A stretch of 64,000 nucleotides of DNA from an uncultured bacterium. GTDB taxonomy: Bacteria; Zixibacteria; MSB-5A5; UBA10806. The number at the start of each line of letters is the position of its first letter. Within the stretch, counting starts at the first letter, position 1. The translations under genes and the position numbers were made by a program. Positions 30,543 through 41,688 of this stretch are shown here, piece after piece. The stretch is from assembly GCA_965541585.1 (NCBI GenBank), contig CBEUCH010000012.1:49021-113020 (forward strand), in the 5' to 3' direction. The notes under the pieces were generated by a model. The model saw nothing but the letters and a program-made list of their open reading frames with translations. It was not told where the DNA came from and searched no databases.

Positions 30543-30764
30543 CAAGGCTGTCAGGGTGTCAACCACAAAGGATCGACACCACGAAAAAGTGAGGTCTGGA
30601 TATCATGAGCAAGCTCTTCACTTTTCGTTTTTTAGATGGTCCCTCTTACACCCATCGCCGTTTGTTTGATCTTGAAAAAGCTTCTCAAATAAGACATATT
30701 GCGTTTTCGTGGATTAGCTGCCGTCCTGACGGCGTCTCAGTAATCGATTTCTGGAGCAGGCAAT

Positions 30765-32075
30765 ATGTCCTTGCCAATAGTAGCCATCATTGGCCGGCCC
30801 AATGTCGGCAAATCGACGCTGTTCAATCGGCTGGTCAGGACCCGCCAGGCCATCGTCGACGGCGCTCCCGGCATAACGCGCGACCGGCTCTACCGGCAGT
30901 GTTCCTGGAACGGGGTTGAATTCATGCTGGTTGATACCGGTGGCCTGCTTGTCGGCGCCGACGAGATCCTGGAGGCCAAGGTCACCCAGCAGGCCCTGAT
31001 AGCGGTGGACCAGGCGGATGTCGTGGTATTTCTTCTCGACTCCAAAGTCGGGGCCTTAGAGGATGATCTTCGTATCGCACGGGATCTGAAGAGATCGGAT
31101 AAAAATGTAATTATCGTGCCCAATAAAATCGACGATCCTTCTCAGGAGTCAGTGGCCTCGGAGTTCCATTCGTTGGGATTTCAACGGGTAATAGCGGTTT
31201 CGGCCCTGAACGGCTTGAATACAGGCGATCTCTTAGACGCCGTCGTCGAGAATCTCCCTGCCGGACCGGAAGACCAATTTCAAGAGGATATCAGGGTAGC
31301 AATCGTGGGGCGTCCCAATGTTGGCAAATCCTCGCTTGTAAATGCTATGACTGGCAAGAACGTGACCATCGTGGCCGACCTTCCGGGCACCACCCGGGAT
31401 GCAATTGATACGCGATACGAGCTAAATGGATGCAGATACGTTCTGATAGATACGGCCGGATTAAAAAAGAAGAACAAGTATAAAGATCAACTCGAATATT
31501 ATACTACCTTGAGAACGTTACGGGCCATCGGCCGATGCGATATCGCAGTAATCTTGATCGATAGTATCGAGGGATTGGTTACGGGGGATCTGCGGATAGC
31601 AAACGAGGCCGCCGAGCTTTTTAGAGGGATAGCTTTTGCCTTCAACAAGTGGGATGCGGTTGAAAAGGACCACATGACCGCCGATCGCCTTCGCCGGGCG
31701 GTCGCCGAAAAGGCGCCGTCCTTCTCGTATGCTCCGGTGTTGTTCATCTCCGCTCTAACCGGCCAGCGTGTGCCCGCGGTCTGGGAATCGATCCGTAAAA
31801 TATCGCTCGAACGCAAAAAGAGAATTCCGACATCGGAGCTGAATAAGTTCGTAGAGAGGATCATAGAGCGTAGGCCTCCGCCGACCAGGAGGGGCAAGTT
31901 TATAAAAGTATTTTATATAACTCAACCGGAGGGCGATCCTCCGACCTTTATCTTCTTCTGCAATCATCCTAAATTGATCGATACGTCCTACGTCCGATAT
32001 CTCGAAAACCGGATTAGGGAAAACTATGGTTTCGAGGGCACGCCGATAAAAATGATTTTCAAACATAAGGGATAA
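30765..32075 (+). CDS. der: Ribosome biogenesis GTPase Der (EngA)
   Basis: Two GRPNVGKS P-loops, DTGG/DTAG, KH-like C-terminus FEGTPI. Confidence 0.97.
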   Translation: MSLPIVAIIGRPNVGKSTLFNRLVRTRQAIVDGAPGITRDRLYRQCSWNGVEFMLVDTGGLLVGADEILEAKVTQQALIAVDQADVVVFLLDSKVGALEDDLRIARDLKRSDKNVIIVPNKIDDPSQESVASEFHSLGFQRVIAVSALNGLNTGDLLDAVVENLPAGPEDQFQEDIRVAIVGRPNVGKSSLVNAMTGKNVTIVADLPGTTRDAIDTRYELNGCRYVLIDTAGLKKKNKYKDQLEYYTTLRTLRAIGRCDIAVILIDSIEGLVTGDLRIANEAAELFRGIAFAFNKWDAVEKDHMTADRLRRAVAEKAPSFSYAPVLFISALTGQRVPAVWESIRKISLERKKRIPTSELNKFVERIIERRPPPTRRGKFIKVFYITQPEGDPPTFIFFCNHPKLIDTSYVRYLENRIRENYGFEGTPIKMIFKHKG

Positions 32076-32077
32076 TC

Positions 32078-32707
32078 ATGGTAACTGTAATCGTATCGTC
32101 TGCCGTTGGATATCTGCTGGGTTCTATCCCGTCGGGAGTATGGCTGGGGAAGGCTTTCAAGGGAATAGACATCCGGGAGCATGGTTCCAGATCGATAGGC
32201 GCCACTAATGTCTTCAGAGTGCTGGGTGCGAGATTGGCGATCGTCGTATTAGCTCTCGATATTGCCAAAGGGTTTCTTGCATGCTATCTGGCTTCTCATC
32301 TTGACCTGGGAGATACCGTTTTAACATCGGGGCAGCTTGCGCTCATTGCCGGTCTGGCAGCAATACTGGGCCACCTTTTTCCGGTTTTCGCTCAATTCAG
32401 GGGTGGCAAGGGTGTGGCTACGCTCGCCGGCATGCTCCTGTTCTTGACACCGCTTGAAATCGGATTCACTATGGTCGTCTTCATCCTTACTGTGATAATC
32501 ACCCGTTACGTGTCACTGGGTTCGATCCTGGGTACTATATTCTTTTCGAGTTCTATATTGATTGAGCGATACTATCTGGGTTATACTCACGGGGAGGAGA
32601 TTTCAGGCCTGGCGGTTCTGCTGGTGATCCTTGTACTCTTCACCCATCGGGCAAATATTTACCGATTGTTCACCGGTACCGAAAACAAGCTTGGTGCAGA
32701 GAGATGA
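32078..32707 (+). CDS. plsY: Glycerol-3-phosphate acyltransferase PlsY
   Basis: YLLGSIP, DIREHGS..IGATN, FRGGKGVAT, HRANI. Confidence 0.95.
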   Translation: MVTVIVSSAVGYLLGSIPSGVWLGKAFKGIDIREHGSRSIGATNVFRVLGARLAIVVLALDIAKGFLACYLASHLDLGDTVLTSGQLALIAGLAAILGHLFPVFAQFRGGKGVATLAGMLLFLTPLEIGFTMVVFILTVIITRYVSLGSILGTIFFSSSILIERYYLGYTHGEEISGLAVLLVILVLFTHRANIYRLFTGTENKLGAER

Positions 32708-32731
32708 AAATAGATTGATTATGGAGACAAT

Positions 32732-33748
32732 ATGAGCTGCAAAAATGTCGCTGTCCTGGGCGCTGGCAGCTGGGGTATTGCCATCTCTAACCTTCTCTGC
32801 AGTAACGGTCACGCAATCAGGATCTGGGAATTTGACCCGGAGGCCTGCAACAATTTGAAAACGACACGAAAGCTGCCGTCGAAACTGCCGGGCATAAGCC
32901 TCGAGGATAGTATAGAAGTCACCAGCGATATTGCTGAATCCGTGAATCAGGCCGATTTTGTATGCTGTGTGGTGCCATCGCAGAATCTAAGATCCGCTAT
33001 TCATGGTATCGTAGATATCAAGCTTGACAGAAAACCGATCTTCGTAAACCTGTCTAAAGGGATCGAGGTCGGTTCGCTGAGGAGGATGTCCGAGGTCATC
33101 GGGGAGGAGTTACCGGGGGAGATACGCTCGGGCATATGCACCTTATCCGGGCCGTCCCATGCCGAGGAGGTCGCCAGAGAGATCCCAACGGCCATTACCG
33201 CCGCTTCCGAGAATATCGGGGTAGCTGAAGCGGTACAGCAGCTGTTCCTGACTCCTAAGTTCAGGATCTACACGTCCACCGACCTTCTGGGCGTGGAACT
33301 GGCCGGATCTTTGAAAAATGTAATCGCCCTGGCTGCGGGCATGCTCGATGGATTGGGAATGGGCGATAACACGCGGGGAGCTCTTCTGACCAGGGGTCTG
33401 GCCGAAATCGTCCGGCTCGGACTCGCCATGGGTGCAGACGCCATGACATTCTCAGGTCTTTCAGGTATCGGTGATCTTGTGACGACCTGTCTGTCGAAAC
33501 ATTCCCGCAACCGATTCGTGGGCGAGCAGGTGGGTCGCGGGCGCAAGCTCAAAGACGTCCTGGCAAAGATGCCGATGGTAGCCGAAGGAGTTCAGACCAC
33601 GAGATCCGCCTACGCGCTGGCCGAAAAATATGATGCGGAAATGCCCATCACGACCGAGGTCTATAGAGTATTATTCGAAAATAAGCCGCCGGAGCAGGCC
33701 ATCAGCGACCTCATGACCCGTGATCCGAGATCGGAAGGGTGGTGCTAA
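32732..33748 (+). CDS. gpsA: NAD(P)H-dependent glycerol-3-phosphate dehydrogenase
   Basis: GAGSWG, SKGIE, SGPSHAEEV, LKNVIA, GDLVTTC..SRN. Confidence 0.96.
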   Translation: MSCKNVAVLGAGSWGIAISNLLCSNGHAIRIWEFDPEACNNLKTTRKLPSKLPGISLEDSIEVTSDIAESVNQADFVCCVVPSQNLRSAIHGIVDIKLDRKPIFVNLSKGIEVGSLRRMSEVIGEELPGEIRSGICTLSGPSHAEEVAREIPTAITAASENIGVAEAVQQLFLTPKFRIYTSTDLLGVELAGSLKNVIALAAGMLDGLGMGDNTRGALLTRGLAEIVRLGLAMGADAMTFSGLSGIGDLVTTCLSKHSRNRFVGEQVGRGRKLKDVLAKMPMVAEGVQTTRSAYALAEKYDAEMPITTEVYRVLFENKPPEQAISDLMTRDPRSEGWC

Positions 33749-33852
33749 GGGCAGGCATAATGGGAAAAATCGCTTGCAGCAGATACGGATTTGGAACATA
33801 TTTTAAGTTTACGATGAATATATGATTCAAAAGCAGCGTAAGGTATTTAGGA

Positions 33853-34116
33853 ATGGTTCAAAAAGATAAGAAAATAGAAAGACTCAATTTCGAAGACGCA
33901 ATTCAGGGACTCGAGAAAATTGTCGATGACCTGGAATCAGGTGAACTTTCCCTCGAAGATTCCATAAAAGCCTTTGAGAAAGGGATTGAGTTATCCAGGC
34001 TGTGCCGCAAGAAGCTGGAGAAGGCTGAAGATCGGGTCAAGAAACTGCTTGAGAAAAGCGGCGGCGATTTTGACCTGAAACTATTCGACGAAGATGGAGA
34101 CCGGTCAGATGAGTAG
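33853..34116 (+). CDS. xseB: Exodeoxyribonuclease VII small subunit
   Basis: FEDAI..LE.IV..LESGELSLEDSI..FEKG..L...C...L. Confidence 0.93.
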   Translation: MVQKDKKIERLNFEDAIQGLEKIVDDLESGELSLEDSIKAFEKGIELSRLCRKKLEKAEDRVKKLLEKSGGDFDLKLFDEDGDRSDE

Positions 34117-36016
34117 TTTTTTATCGCAGATCGACTCACCGCTCGATTTGAAGAAATTGAAAATAGATGATTTGCCACAACTGGCATCCGAGATCCGGGA
34201 GCTTATTATCGACGTGGTCTCGACCAATGGAGGGCATCTCGGCGCCAATCTGGGGGCGGTCGAATTCACCATCGCTTTACACTATGTATTTGAGACTCCC
34301 GGAGATTCTATGGTTTTTGACGTCAGCCACCAGATATATCCCCACAAAATATTAACAGGCCGGAAGGATCGTTTTCACACAATCAGGACAGGCGGCGGTC
34401 TTTCGGGGTTCGCGAATCGTCAGGAATCGGATCATGACGCCTTCGGCGCCGGTCACGCCTGCACAGCCCTCTCGGCTGCCCTGGGTTTGGCAACCGCCCG
34501 AGATCTCCAGGGCGACGGTAATCATGTCATAGCGGTTGTAGGCGATGGTGCGCTAACTGGTGGCATGACTTGGGAAGGTTTAAATCAGATCGGCGAATCG
34601 GGACGGGATATGCTTGTAATATTAAATGACAATAATATGGCCATCTCGAAGAACGTAGGAGCCATTTCAAGATATCTGACGGAGATCCTCGCTGACGAAC
34701 AATACAATAAATTGAAGAAGGAAATCTGGAAGTTAACAGGCCTTCTTCCGAAACATGACAGGATTCGTAAAACGGTTGCTTCAGTAGAGGAATCTCTTAA
34801 GGGTTTCATGGTCCCGGGTATAGTCTTTGAAAAATTAGGGCTGCGGTATTTCGGGCCTATAGACGGTCATGATATCAGACTTCTAATTAAAACGCTGGAT
34901 CGTATCAGGAAGCTCCCGGGGCCGAAGCTTTTGCATATTGTCACCGTAAAGGGTAAAGGATACAAGTTTGCCGAGGCCGACTCACTGGCCCTCCACGGGG
35001 TGTCGAAGTTCGATAAGCTAACCGGCAAATCCCTGGCTTTGAAGAAGTCATTACCGTATACCAGGGTTTTCGGCGAGACCATGGTATATCTCGGGGGAAT
35101 CAACGATAAGGTCTGCGCCATCACCGCGGCCATGGCCAGCGGCACAGGCCTGACCGCTTTTGCGGAAAAATATCCTGATAGGTTTTTCGATGTTGGCATA
35201 GCCGAGCAGCATGGAACTACCTTCGCGGCTGGATTGGCGGCCAAAGGAATGAAGCCTTTCTTTGCAGTCTATTCTACTTTTTTGCAGAGGGGTTACGACC
35301 AGGTGTTGCACGATGTCGCTCTTCAGAAACTGCCGGTTGTTTTCTGCCTTGACCGCGCCGGCCTGGTCGGCGACGATGGTCCTACCCATCATGGCACATT
35401 CGATATTTCATACCTGCGAACCATTCCGGGTGTCGTCATATTTGCTCCCAAGGATGGCCGGGAGCTTCGGGATTCGCTGGCTCTGGCAATGACTTATAAC
35501 GATGGACCCATGGCAATCAGATACCCGCGCGGCTCTGTCCCGGAGGAAAAAGTCGATCTCGGCATAAAGCCCCTCGAATTTGGCGCCTGGGAGATAGTGC
35601 GTGAGGGTGAAGATCTGGCCATCCTGGCAGTGGGAACCATGGTTTATAATTCCTGGAAAGCCGCGGACATGCTTCAGAAGGATGGTATAAACTGCCGCGT
35701 GATAAACTGCAGATTCATAAGGCCCATGGACGAGAAGATGCTGCGGGAGACGTTCAATAGGTTCGAAAAGATAATCACGGTCTGCGAGGGTAGCTTGAAC
35801 GGAGGATTTGGAGAGGGTGTCCAATCATGGGCCGCCGAAAACGATTTCGAGAATCGACATATACGATCCCTCGGCATTCCGGATAGATTTGTTGAGCATG
35901 GCTCTCTCGACCAGCTACTGCGAGAGATTGGCCTTGATCCCGATGGGATAGCGATGTCCGCACTCGAACTGCATCAGAAGATTAAGATCAGGTCCGGTTC
36001 GCGGAAGGCCAAGTGA
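34109..36016 (+). CDS. dxs: 1-deoxy-D-xylulose-5-phosphate synthase
   Basis: GGHLGANLG, GDGALTGG, LNDN, FDVGIAEQH, STFLQRGYDQ, DGPTHHG. Start 34094 or 34109. Confidence 0.97.
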   Translation: MSSFLSQIDSPLDLKKLKIDDLPQLASEIRELIIDVVSTNGGHLGANLGAVEFTIALHYVFETPGDSMVFDVSHQIYPHKILTGRKDRFHTIRTGGGLSGFANRQESDHDAFGAGHACTALSAALGLATARDLQGDGNHVIAVVGDGALTGGMTWEGLNQIGESGRDMLVILNDNNMAISKNVGAISRYLTEILADEQYNKLKKEIWKLTGLLPKHDRIRKTVASVEESLKGFMVPGIVFEKLGLRYFGPIDGHDIRLLIKTLDRIRKLPGPKLLHIVTVKGKGYKFAEADSLALHGVSKFDKLTGKSLALKKSLPYTRVFGETMVYLGGINDKVCAITAAMASGTGLTAFAEKYPDRFFDVGIAEQHGTTFAAGLAAKGMKPFFAVYSTFLQRGYDQVLHDVALQKLPVVFCLDRAGLVGDDGPTHHGTFDISYLRTIPGVVIFAPKDGRELRDSLALAMTYNDGPMAIRYPRGSVPEEKVDLGIKPLEFGAWEIVREGEDLAILAVGTMVYNSWKAADMLQKDGINCRVINCRFIRPMDEKMLRETFNRFEKIITVCEGSLNGGFGEGVQSWAAENDFENRHIRSLGIPDRFVEHGSLDQLLREIGLDPDGIAMSALELHQKIKIRSGSRKAK

Positions 36017-36879
36017 AGAGGTTTGGAATAATAGGCCATCTCGATCGGCCTCAGATAGAGCAGGCAACGGGGCAAATCATCGAATGGAGCCAGGCCAGCG
36101 GCGTCGAAATCAAAATATGCAGCGATTTAGCGCCGCTCGTGAATCGCAAGGACTTGGCCTCGAAAGACGATGAAATCCGGCGTTATTGCGATGTTATAAT
36201 AAGCCTTGGCGGCGATGGTTCAATGCTCTCCTCCGCCCGGACGGTAGGAAACCACGGTGTCCCGATCCTGGGGGTTAATCTCGGAAGCCTCGGATTCTTA
36301 ACGGAGATAACTCAAGAAGGAATAGTAAAATCGCTCGAACTGCTCAAGGCAGACAAATACAAAATCGAAGATAGAATGGTGCTCGAGGCGACGATCCCCG
36401 ACGCCAAGAATACGGATCTGTTCGCCTTGAATGACGTCGTAGTTCATCATGGCGAGGCCACCAATCTGGTCAACCTTGACCTTTACTCAGATAAGGAACT
36501 CGTTTGTTCTTATAATGCCGACGGTATAATCATATCCACCCCCACGGGTTCGACCGCCTATTCTCTTTCCGTGGGTGGGCCGATCATCAACCCGCTGATG
36601 GAAGCCATCTCGGTTAGCCCGATTTCGCCGCACACACTCACCTTAAGACCGATTATCTTTCCTGCTGAAAATGTCATCACTGTTGTGGCCGGCACGGGAG
36701 GGGGCGAATTTCGGGTATCGGTCGATGGGCGTATCGTCGGTGAACTAAAAGAGGGCCGGAAAATCATTATTAAAAAAGCAGCTTATAAAGTAAAACTGAT
36801 CAAATTTAGCTCTACATCTTTCTACGAGATTTTGAGAGAGAAACTTCACTGGGGTAAACGTCCCCCGTTGAATTCTTAA
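36013..36879 (+). CDS. nadK: NAD+ kinase
   Basis: GGDGS, GSLGFL, ALND, ADGIIISTPTGSTAY. Confidence 0.96.
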   Translation: MKRFGIIGHLDRPQIEQATGQIIEWSQASGVEIKICSDLAPLVNRKDLASKDDEIRRYCDVIISLGGDGSMLSSARTVGNHGVPILGVNLGSLGFLTEITQEGIVKSLELLKADKYKIEDRMVLEATIPDAKNTDLFALNDVVVHHGEATNLVNLDLYSDKELVCSYNADGIIISTPTGSTAYSLSVGGPIINPLMEAISVSPISPHTLTLRPIIFPAENVITVVAGTGGGEFRVSVDGRIVGELKEGRKIIIKKAAYKVKLIKFSSTSFYEILREKLHWGKRPPLNS

Positions 36880-38591
36880 TGCTCACCCGCCTGCATATCG
36901 AGAACTTCGCCCTGATCGATAGTCTGGATTTCGAAATCGGCGAGGGGCTGAACGTGATAACCGGTCCTACCGGCGTCGGCAAGTCAATTATCATAGAGGC
37001 TCTCAATCTCCTGCTGGGCGGTCGCGTCTCCGAGATCATGCTCAGAACCGGTGAATCAAGCGCCGTGATCGAAGCGCAATTCCTTGTTAACGATCAGGAT
37101 GAAATAGTGCAGCTGGCAGGTTCGGCCGACGTTTCCATCCGGAATAGTACGCTTGTACTACGCCGGGAGTACAGGAAAAAAAGCGGCAGCAGGGCTTTTG
37201 TAAATGGCGTATCGGTGAATCTTGGAACTCTAAAAGAGATTTCAAGCCGGTTGGTAGCCATCCTTGGCCAGCATTCGCATCAAATATTGCTCGATCCATC
37301 GACACATCTCGGGTTCCTCGATAGCCATGCGCAGTTGGATGATAAGCTCCCCGGACTCAAAGCGCTGTATGATCGGGCGGTGGATCTTAAGGAAAGGATA
37401 TCTTTCGCCGAGAGATTCGCCCGCGAAGTCTCGGATAGGATGGATCTTTTGAAATTCCAGGTATCTGAAATTGAACAATCAGCCCTTAAACCGGAAGAAG
37501 AGAATGACCTGAGGCAAGAGAAAATATTACTGGAAAATAGCCTGCGCATCCGGGAGGCAGGGGAGATGGCGGGTTCGATATTACTCGAATCTGACGGTTC
37601 GGTCATTGAGAAGTTGGGCGAAATTGAGAAAGCCCTATCAGGGATACCAGGCACAAAAAGCTGTTTCGAGAGTATCACCGGCCGAATTAGAAGCGCCTCG
37701 GATACCGTAAATGAGGCTGTTGCGGAGATCCGAAACTTAATGGACCGCATCGATGATGACCCCGCGCGGCTCGAGCAGATTAACGAAAGACTCGACGAGA
37801 TCTTCCGACTGAAGAAAAAATACGGCGGAGATATTAAGGAAATCCTGCAGTATGCATCGGATTCGCGGAATAAACTGGCAGAACTTAGTAATAAAGTGGG
37901 CGATTCCGAAAAACTTACAGAAGATCTCAACAAAACCCTTCTCAAGTTGAACCGGCTGGCAGCGGATATATCTAAAACCAGAAAGAAAGCCACAAACCGA
38001 TTGGAAACCTTCGTCTGCGAAAATCTGGCATCCATGGGAATGACAAAAGCCCAATTCGTAGTTGAGATTTCAGATGTTGAAGACGAAAAGGGATTGTACA
38101 ATTTCAATAACCGGCAGCTTGTGGGGGATGAGTCCGGTTTCGACATAGTCGAGTTTCAGTTTTGCGCCAATCCCGGGGAGGGGCTCAAGCCGTTGGCGAG
38201 CATAGCCTCGGGCGGTGAGGTCTCCAGGGTGATCCTGGCCCTTAAGAACGCTCTCCTGGCAGGAAAGGCCAGCGGCTGCGAGATATTCGACGAGATCGAT
38301 GTCGGTATCTCCGGTGAGATCGCTGCTAAGGTCGCTTTTCAGTTGAGAACGCTATCGAAAAACCACCAGGTAATCTGTATAACTCATCTGCAACAGATAG
38401 CGTCCTCCGCGGATCACCATTACGGTGTTTATAAGCAGAGGGTGGGGGGACGTTTGGTGACAAGGATAAAGAAACTGGGGCCGCAGGAAAGGTTGAAGGA
38501 GGTAGCCTCGCTTCTCTCGGGCGAGACCATAACTAAGAGTGCTATGGCCGGAGCCAGAGAATTGCTGAAAAACTCCCGGCGCCGGAGGTGA
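36879..38591 (+). CDS. recN: DNA repair protein RecN
   Basis: TGPTGVGKS Walker A, coiled coil, ASGGE.SR, FDEID, CITHL. Confidence 0.95.
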   Translation: MLTRLHIENFALIDSLDFEIGEGLNVITGPTGVGKSIIIEALNLLLGGRVSEIMLRTGESSAVIEAQFLVNDQDEIVQLAGSADVSIRNSTLVLRREYRKKSGSRAFVNGVSVNLGTLKEISSRLVAILGQHSHQILLDPSTHLGFLDSHAQLDDKLPGLKALYDRAVDLKERISFAERFAREVSDRMDLLKFQVSEIEQSALKPEEENDLRQEKILLENSLRIREAGEMAGSILLESDGSVIEKLGEIEKALSGIPGTKSCFESITGRIRSASDTVNEAVAEIRNLMDRIDDDPARLEQINERLDEIFRLKKKYGGDIKEILQYASDSRNKLAELSNKVGDSEKLTEDLNKTLLKLNRLAADISKTRKKATNRLETFVCENLASMGMTKAQFVVEISDVEDEKGLYNFNNRQLVGDESGFDIVEFQFCANPGEGLKPLASIASGGEVSRVILALKNALLAGKASGCEIFDEIDVGISGEIAAKVAFQLRTLSKNHQVICITHLQQIASSADHHYGVYKQRVGGRLVTRIKKLGPQERLKEVASLLSGETITKSAMAGARELLKNSRRRR

Positions 38592-38598
38592 CGATTGC

Positions 38599-39126
38599 AT
38601 GGAACCGCTGTATAGATACATTCCAAATATACTGTCCGGTCTGAGAATCTTTCTGATCATTCCGTTCACCTACTCTCTGGTGTATGACGATATGACGGCG
38701 GTCATCCTTATTACAGCTACCATGATCCTGAGCGACTATTTCGACGGTTATCTTGCCCGAAAATGGAATGTCGTCTCCGACGCCGGTAAAATCCTCGATC
38801 CTATTGCGGATAAGCTCTGCGTAGCGGCAATAGGGCTGGTCCTGGTTTTTTTGAGAGGCTTTCCGCTTCTGCTGGTCATTCTGTTCGTAATACGAGATAT
38901 CATCATTCTGATTGCGGGATTTTTACTGATGCGAAAAGACTCACGTGTACCGGTCTCAAATGCTCTGGGCAGGGTGACGGTCAGCGTCGCTGCCATTTGC
39001 CTGCTTGTTTATCTCTTCCGGGTGAATTTTCTGAAATCACCCACGGTGATTTTCACTGTCATTATGCTGGTGATATCTTCCGTGTCATACTGGAAGGCGT
39101 TTCGAGAAGTCGTCCAGCCTAAATAG
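38599..39126 (+). CDS. pgsA: CDP-alcohol phosphatidyltransferase (PgsA-like)
   Basis: PNILS..R, D.FDG.LAR....[10 protein letters not shown]. Confidence 0.8.
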   Translation: MEPLYRYIPNILSGLRIFLIIPFTYSLVYDDMTAVILITATMILSDYFDGYLARKWNVVSDAGKILDPIADKLCVAAIGLVLVFLRGFPLLLVILFVIRDIIILIAGFLLMRKDSRVPVSNALGRVTVSVAAICLLVYLFRVNFLKSPTVIFTVIMLVISSVSYWKAFREVVQPK

Positions 39127-39186
39127 ATGCAACAAAATCGAGCGATAGCCTGTAGATAGAAGTGGTGATAACGGAAGGAGGATCAC

Positions 39187-39870
39187 GTGTTTAAGAAGGT
39201 ATTTTTTGTTTTTCTGTCAATATTTCTTATTGCGGTGGTAGCGCAGGGCAAGAAGAATAAGACTGCTAATGTAAAGGACAATGTCGCTACCGACCTGAAA
39301 TACGGCTGGCAGATCAAGGTGCCCGATAATTGGAAGGCAAAAAACTTAAAAGAGCCGAGCGTGGAGCGACTCTTCATGGAGAAGAGAAATTATCTTGTGA
39401 ATCCTTACGTAGAGACTTACGACGGCGAATACACGATCCCGCGGGCAATGATATATGTTCAGGAATTCAGCGGTTCCGAGGAAGATTTCGAGGCTTTGAT
39501 AAAGAAAAGTCTTGAGGAACATAGATCGGACAATGCTCTGATCAGCAAAATGGGCCTGTTGAGAGATAGTGAATTTATCATCTCCGGCGAAGTTCTAATC
39601 AACTCAATCTCCGCTTTGCAGGTCTTCGTCAAACGAAGCTATGAGCGCATATTAGTAATTCCCGACCGCAGCGGCCTCGGTGACCCCACGCAGCAGTATA
39701 TAAATGACCACGAAGTTCATGAAATCTATCTCATAAAAGAGGGAGACGTAATCTTTGTCTTTCAGGGCTATTGCGAACGCGAGTTTTATGAGAACAATGT
39801 CGACGAATTTCAAGCTATAATCAAATCATTAGAACTTTCGCCCGAGCCCGTCTCGGGTGCCGACGAGTAA
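39187..39870 (+). CDS. Secreted hypothetical protein
   Basis: Signal peptide; AAGGAGG SD before GTG. Confidence 0.7.
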   Translation: MFKKVFFVFLSIFLIAVVAQGKKNKTANVKDNVATDLKYGWQIKVPDNWKAKNLKEPSVERLFMEKRNYLVNPYVETYDGEYTIPRAMIYVQEFSGSEEDFEALIKKSLEEHRSDNALISKMGLLRDSEFIISGEVLINSISALQVFVKRSYERILVIPDRSGLGDPTQQYINDHEVHEIYLIKEGDVIFVFQGYCEREFYENNVDEFQAIIKSLELSPEPVSGADE

Positions 39871-40170
39871 GGCGAGCTTCAGGATTTTGACCGAAAAGGC
39901 GCCGGGTGAGGCTGAATCCCGGATGCTGCTGCCGGTCTGGCGTTGTTCCCATTGGAAATCATTATTCTAAATAATACGGGGAAAAACAGGTTTCCCTGAC
40001 AGTGATATGAATTTCACGGATCCCCTGGTCGGGAGTATATTCGGATGCCGCATCTTCCGGGACCGGGGAATAAGCGCCAGTATTGACGAAGATCTCGCAT
40101 TTTAGATGCTGCCCTCGAAACATAATGGGATTTCAGAGAAGGTCGTCGGGAATTGCTGGAGAGGTTTTTG

Positions 40171-40199
40171 TTGACTGGACTTTGGAAATTTGTTATGAT
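40171..40199 (+). promoter_or_regulatory. Putative sigma70 promoter of the lapA-like operon
   Basis: TTGACT-N17-TATGAT with TGn extension. Confidence 0.65.
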
Positions 40200-40222
40200 T
40201 CAGCGACGATTCGGAGGGATTT

Positions 40223-40558
40223 ATGTGGATAATTAAATACGCTCTGGCTGCGGCTGTGTTGCTGGCTTTCATGTATTTTTCATTCCAGAATGCTGCTGAG
40301 ACGACGACCGTTCGGGCAATGAATTACCAGTTCGAGTCTGTTCGCCTGATTCTTGTAATCTATGTTGCATTTGCGTTCGGGGTCATCTTCTGGTTTTTCG
40401 TCTCTATTTTTCAGTATTTTAAGGCCACCGGCGAGGCTGCGGATTTGAAACGCAAGAACAGGCAGCTGGTGGAGGAAATCAAGGCGCTGCGTAATTTACC
40501 TCTGGAGGAGGTTGCGCCGCAGGATATGGCCGGCGATTCCCGGGAAAATAAAATATGA
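40223..40558 (+). CDS. LapA-family membrane protein
   Basis: TM-FSFQN...TM-coiled coil; directly upstream of a LapB-like gene. Confidence 0.7.
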   Translation: MWIIKYALAAAVLLAFMYFSFQNAAETTTVRAMNYQFESVRLILVIYVAFAFGVIFWFFVSIFQYFKATGEAADLKRKNRQLVEEIKALRNLPLEEVAPQDMAGDSRENKI

Positions 40559-41688
40559 CCACTTACTGGTGGATCATCATACTGGTCCTGCTGACTGCCT
40601 TGGCGGTGGCGGTGGGGATAAGACGACGCCGCTTAAAATCCGAAGGTACCGCAGACGCTTATATTCATGGCTTGCGTTCCATGATCGCAGGCGATCTTAA
40701 AACAGCCTTCGTCAAATTCCGGCAGGCGGTGGAAGAAGATACCGATAATATCGATGCCTATCTCAAAATGGGGGATCTTTTCAGAGATAAGGGGATGATT
40801 GATAGGGCGTTGCAGATCCACCGCGAGTTGACATTACGTAGAAAGGTCCCGCCGGAACTTCTGTCCGAGGTTTACCAGAGCTTGGCGATGGATTATATCG
40901 AGGCCGAGGCTACCGATAAAGCCGGAGAGATATTGCAGCAGATGATAAAAGATGGTGATCAACGGGGTTGGGCCGAAGACCGCCTTCTGGAGCTATATCT
41001 GAAGAATAATAGCTGGAGCGATGCCGAAGATCTATATCGAAACATCGTGAAAAAGAGAGGGCTGGATGGCGGTTCAACCATGGCCAGCATAAAAATAATG
41101 GTCGGCTGTGAGCTATCTGAAGGAAAGCAATATCATAAAGCTCGTTTGGCCTACAAGGAAGCTCTCTCCCTGGATATAAACAATCCATTCTCGTACCTGT
41201 ACGCTGCCGAAAGTTACCTTGAGGAAAACAGGGTGGAGGATGGCCTCGAGTTTCTTAAGAAACTGTGCCAAAACGCTCCCCGTTATGCATACCTGGGATT
41301 TCCCTTGATCGAGCAGACATTTTTCGAGCTTGGGAGATTCAGCGAGGTCGAGGATATTTATCACGGCGTTCTCAATCAGGATTCCTCCAATATACCGGCC
41401 AAGATCGCGCTGGCCGGAATCCTCGATAAAAAGGGCGAGACGGCCAATGCTGAAAACCTGCTCCGTTCGGTTCTCGACTCTGAAATAGTTAATCCTGTAG
41501 CCGCCATGCGGCTGGCAAAATTGCTGGCGGACACAAACAGAGTCGAGGAAGGGCATGAAATACTCTCCCGTATGGCTGATAAAGCAGGTCTTCTCTACGA
41601 AAGCCCTAATTGCAATAAATGTGGGAAATCGGTCCAGAAACCTCTGCCATCCTGCCCTCAATGCGGCGGTCTGGGGACATTCGTCTGA
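40555..41688 (+). CDS. LapB-like TPR protein with C-terminal rubredoxin-type metal site
   Basis: N-terminal TM; G.LFR.KG..DRAL.IH; CNKC...CPQC. Confidence 0.8.
   Translation: MTTYWWIIILVLLTALAVAVGIRRRRLKSEGTADAYIHGLRSMIAGDLKTAFVKFRQAVEEDTDNIDAYLKMGDLFRDKGMIDRALQIHRELTLRRKVPPELLSEVYQSLAMDYIEAEATDKAGEILQQMIKDGDQRGWAEDRLLELYLKNNSWSDAEDLYRNIVKKRGLDGGSTMASIKIMVGCELSEGKQYHKARLAYKEALSLDINNPFSYLYAAESYLEENRVEDGLEFLKKLCQNAPRYAYLGFPLIEQTFFELGRFSEVEDIYHGVLNQDSSNIPAKIALAGILDKKGETANAENLLRSVLDSEIVNPVAAMRLAKLLADTNRVEEGHEILSRMADKAGLLYESPNCNKCGKSVQKPLPSCPQCGGLGTFV

Noticed and set aside
33853..36879. xseB-dxs-nadK without the ispA and tlyA genes often found between them
   Set aside because: Ordinary gene-order variation; genes abut cleanly with no remnant.
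37280..38146. 288-aa minus-strand ORF
   Set aside because: Ser-rich antisense shadow of recN.
39871..40170. Long intergenic region as a possible ncRNA or riboswitch
   Set aside because: No recognisable aptamer or convincing conserved structure by eye; an Rfam scan would be needed.
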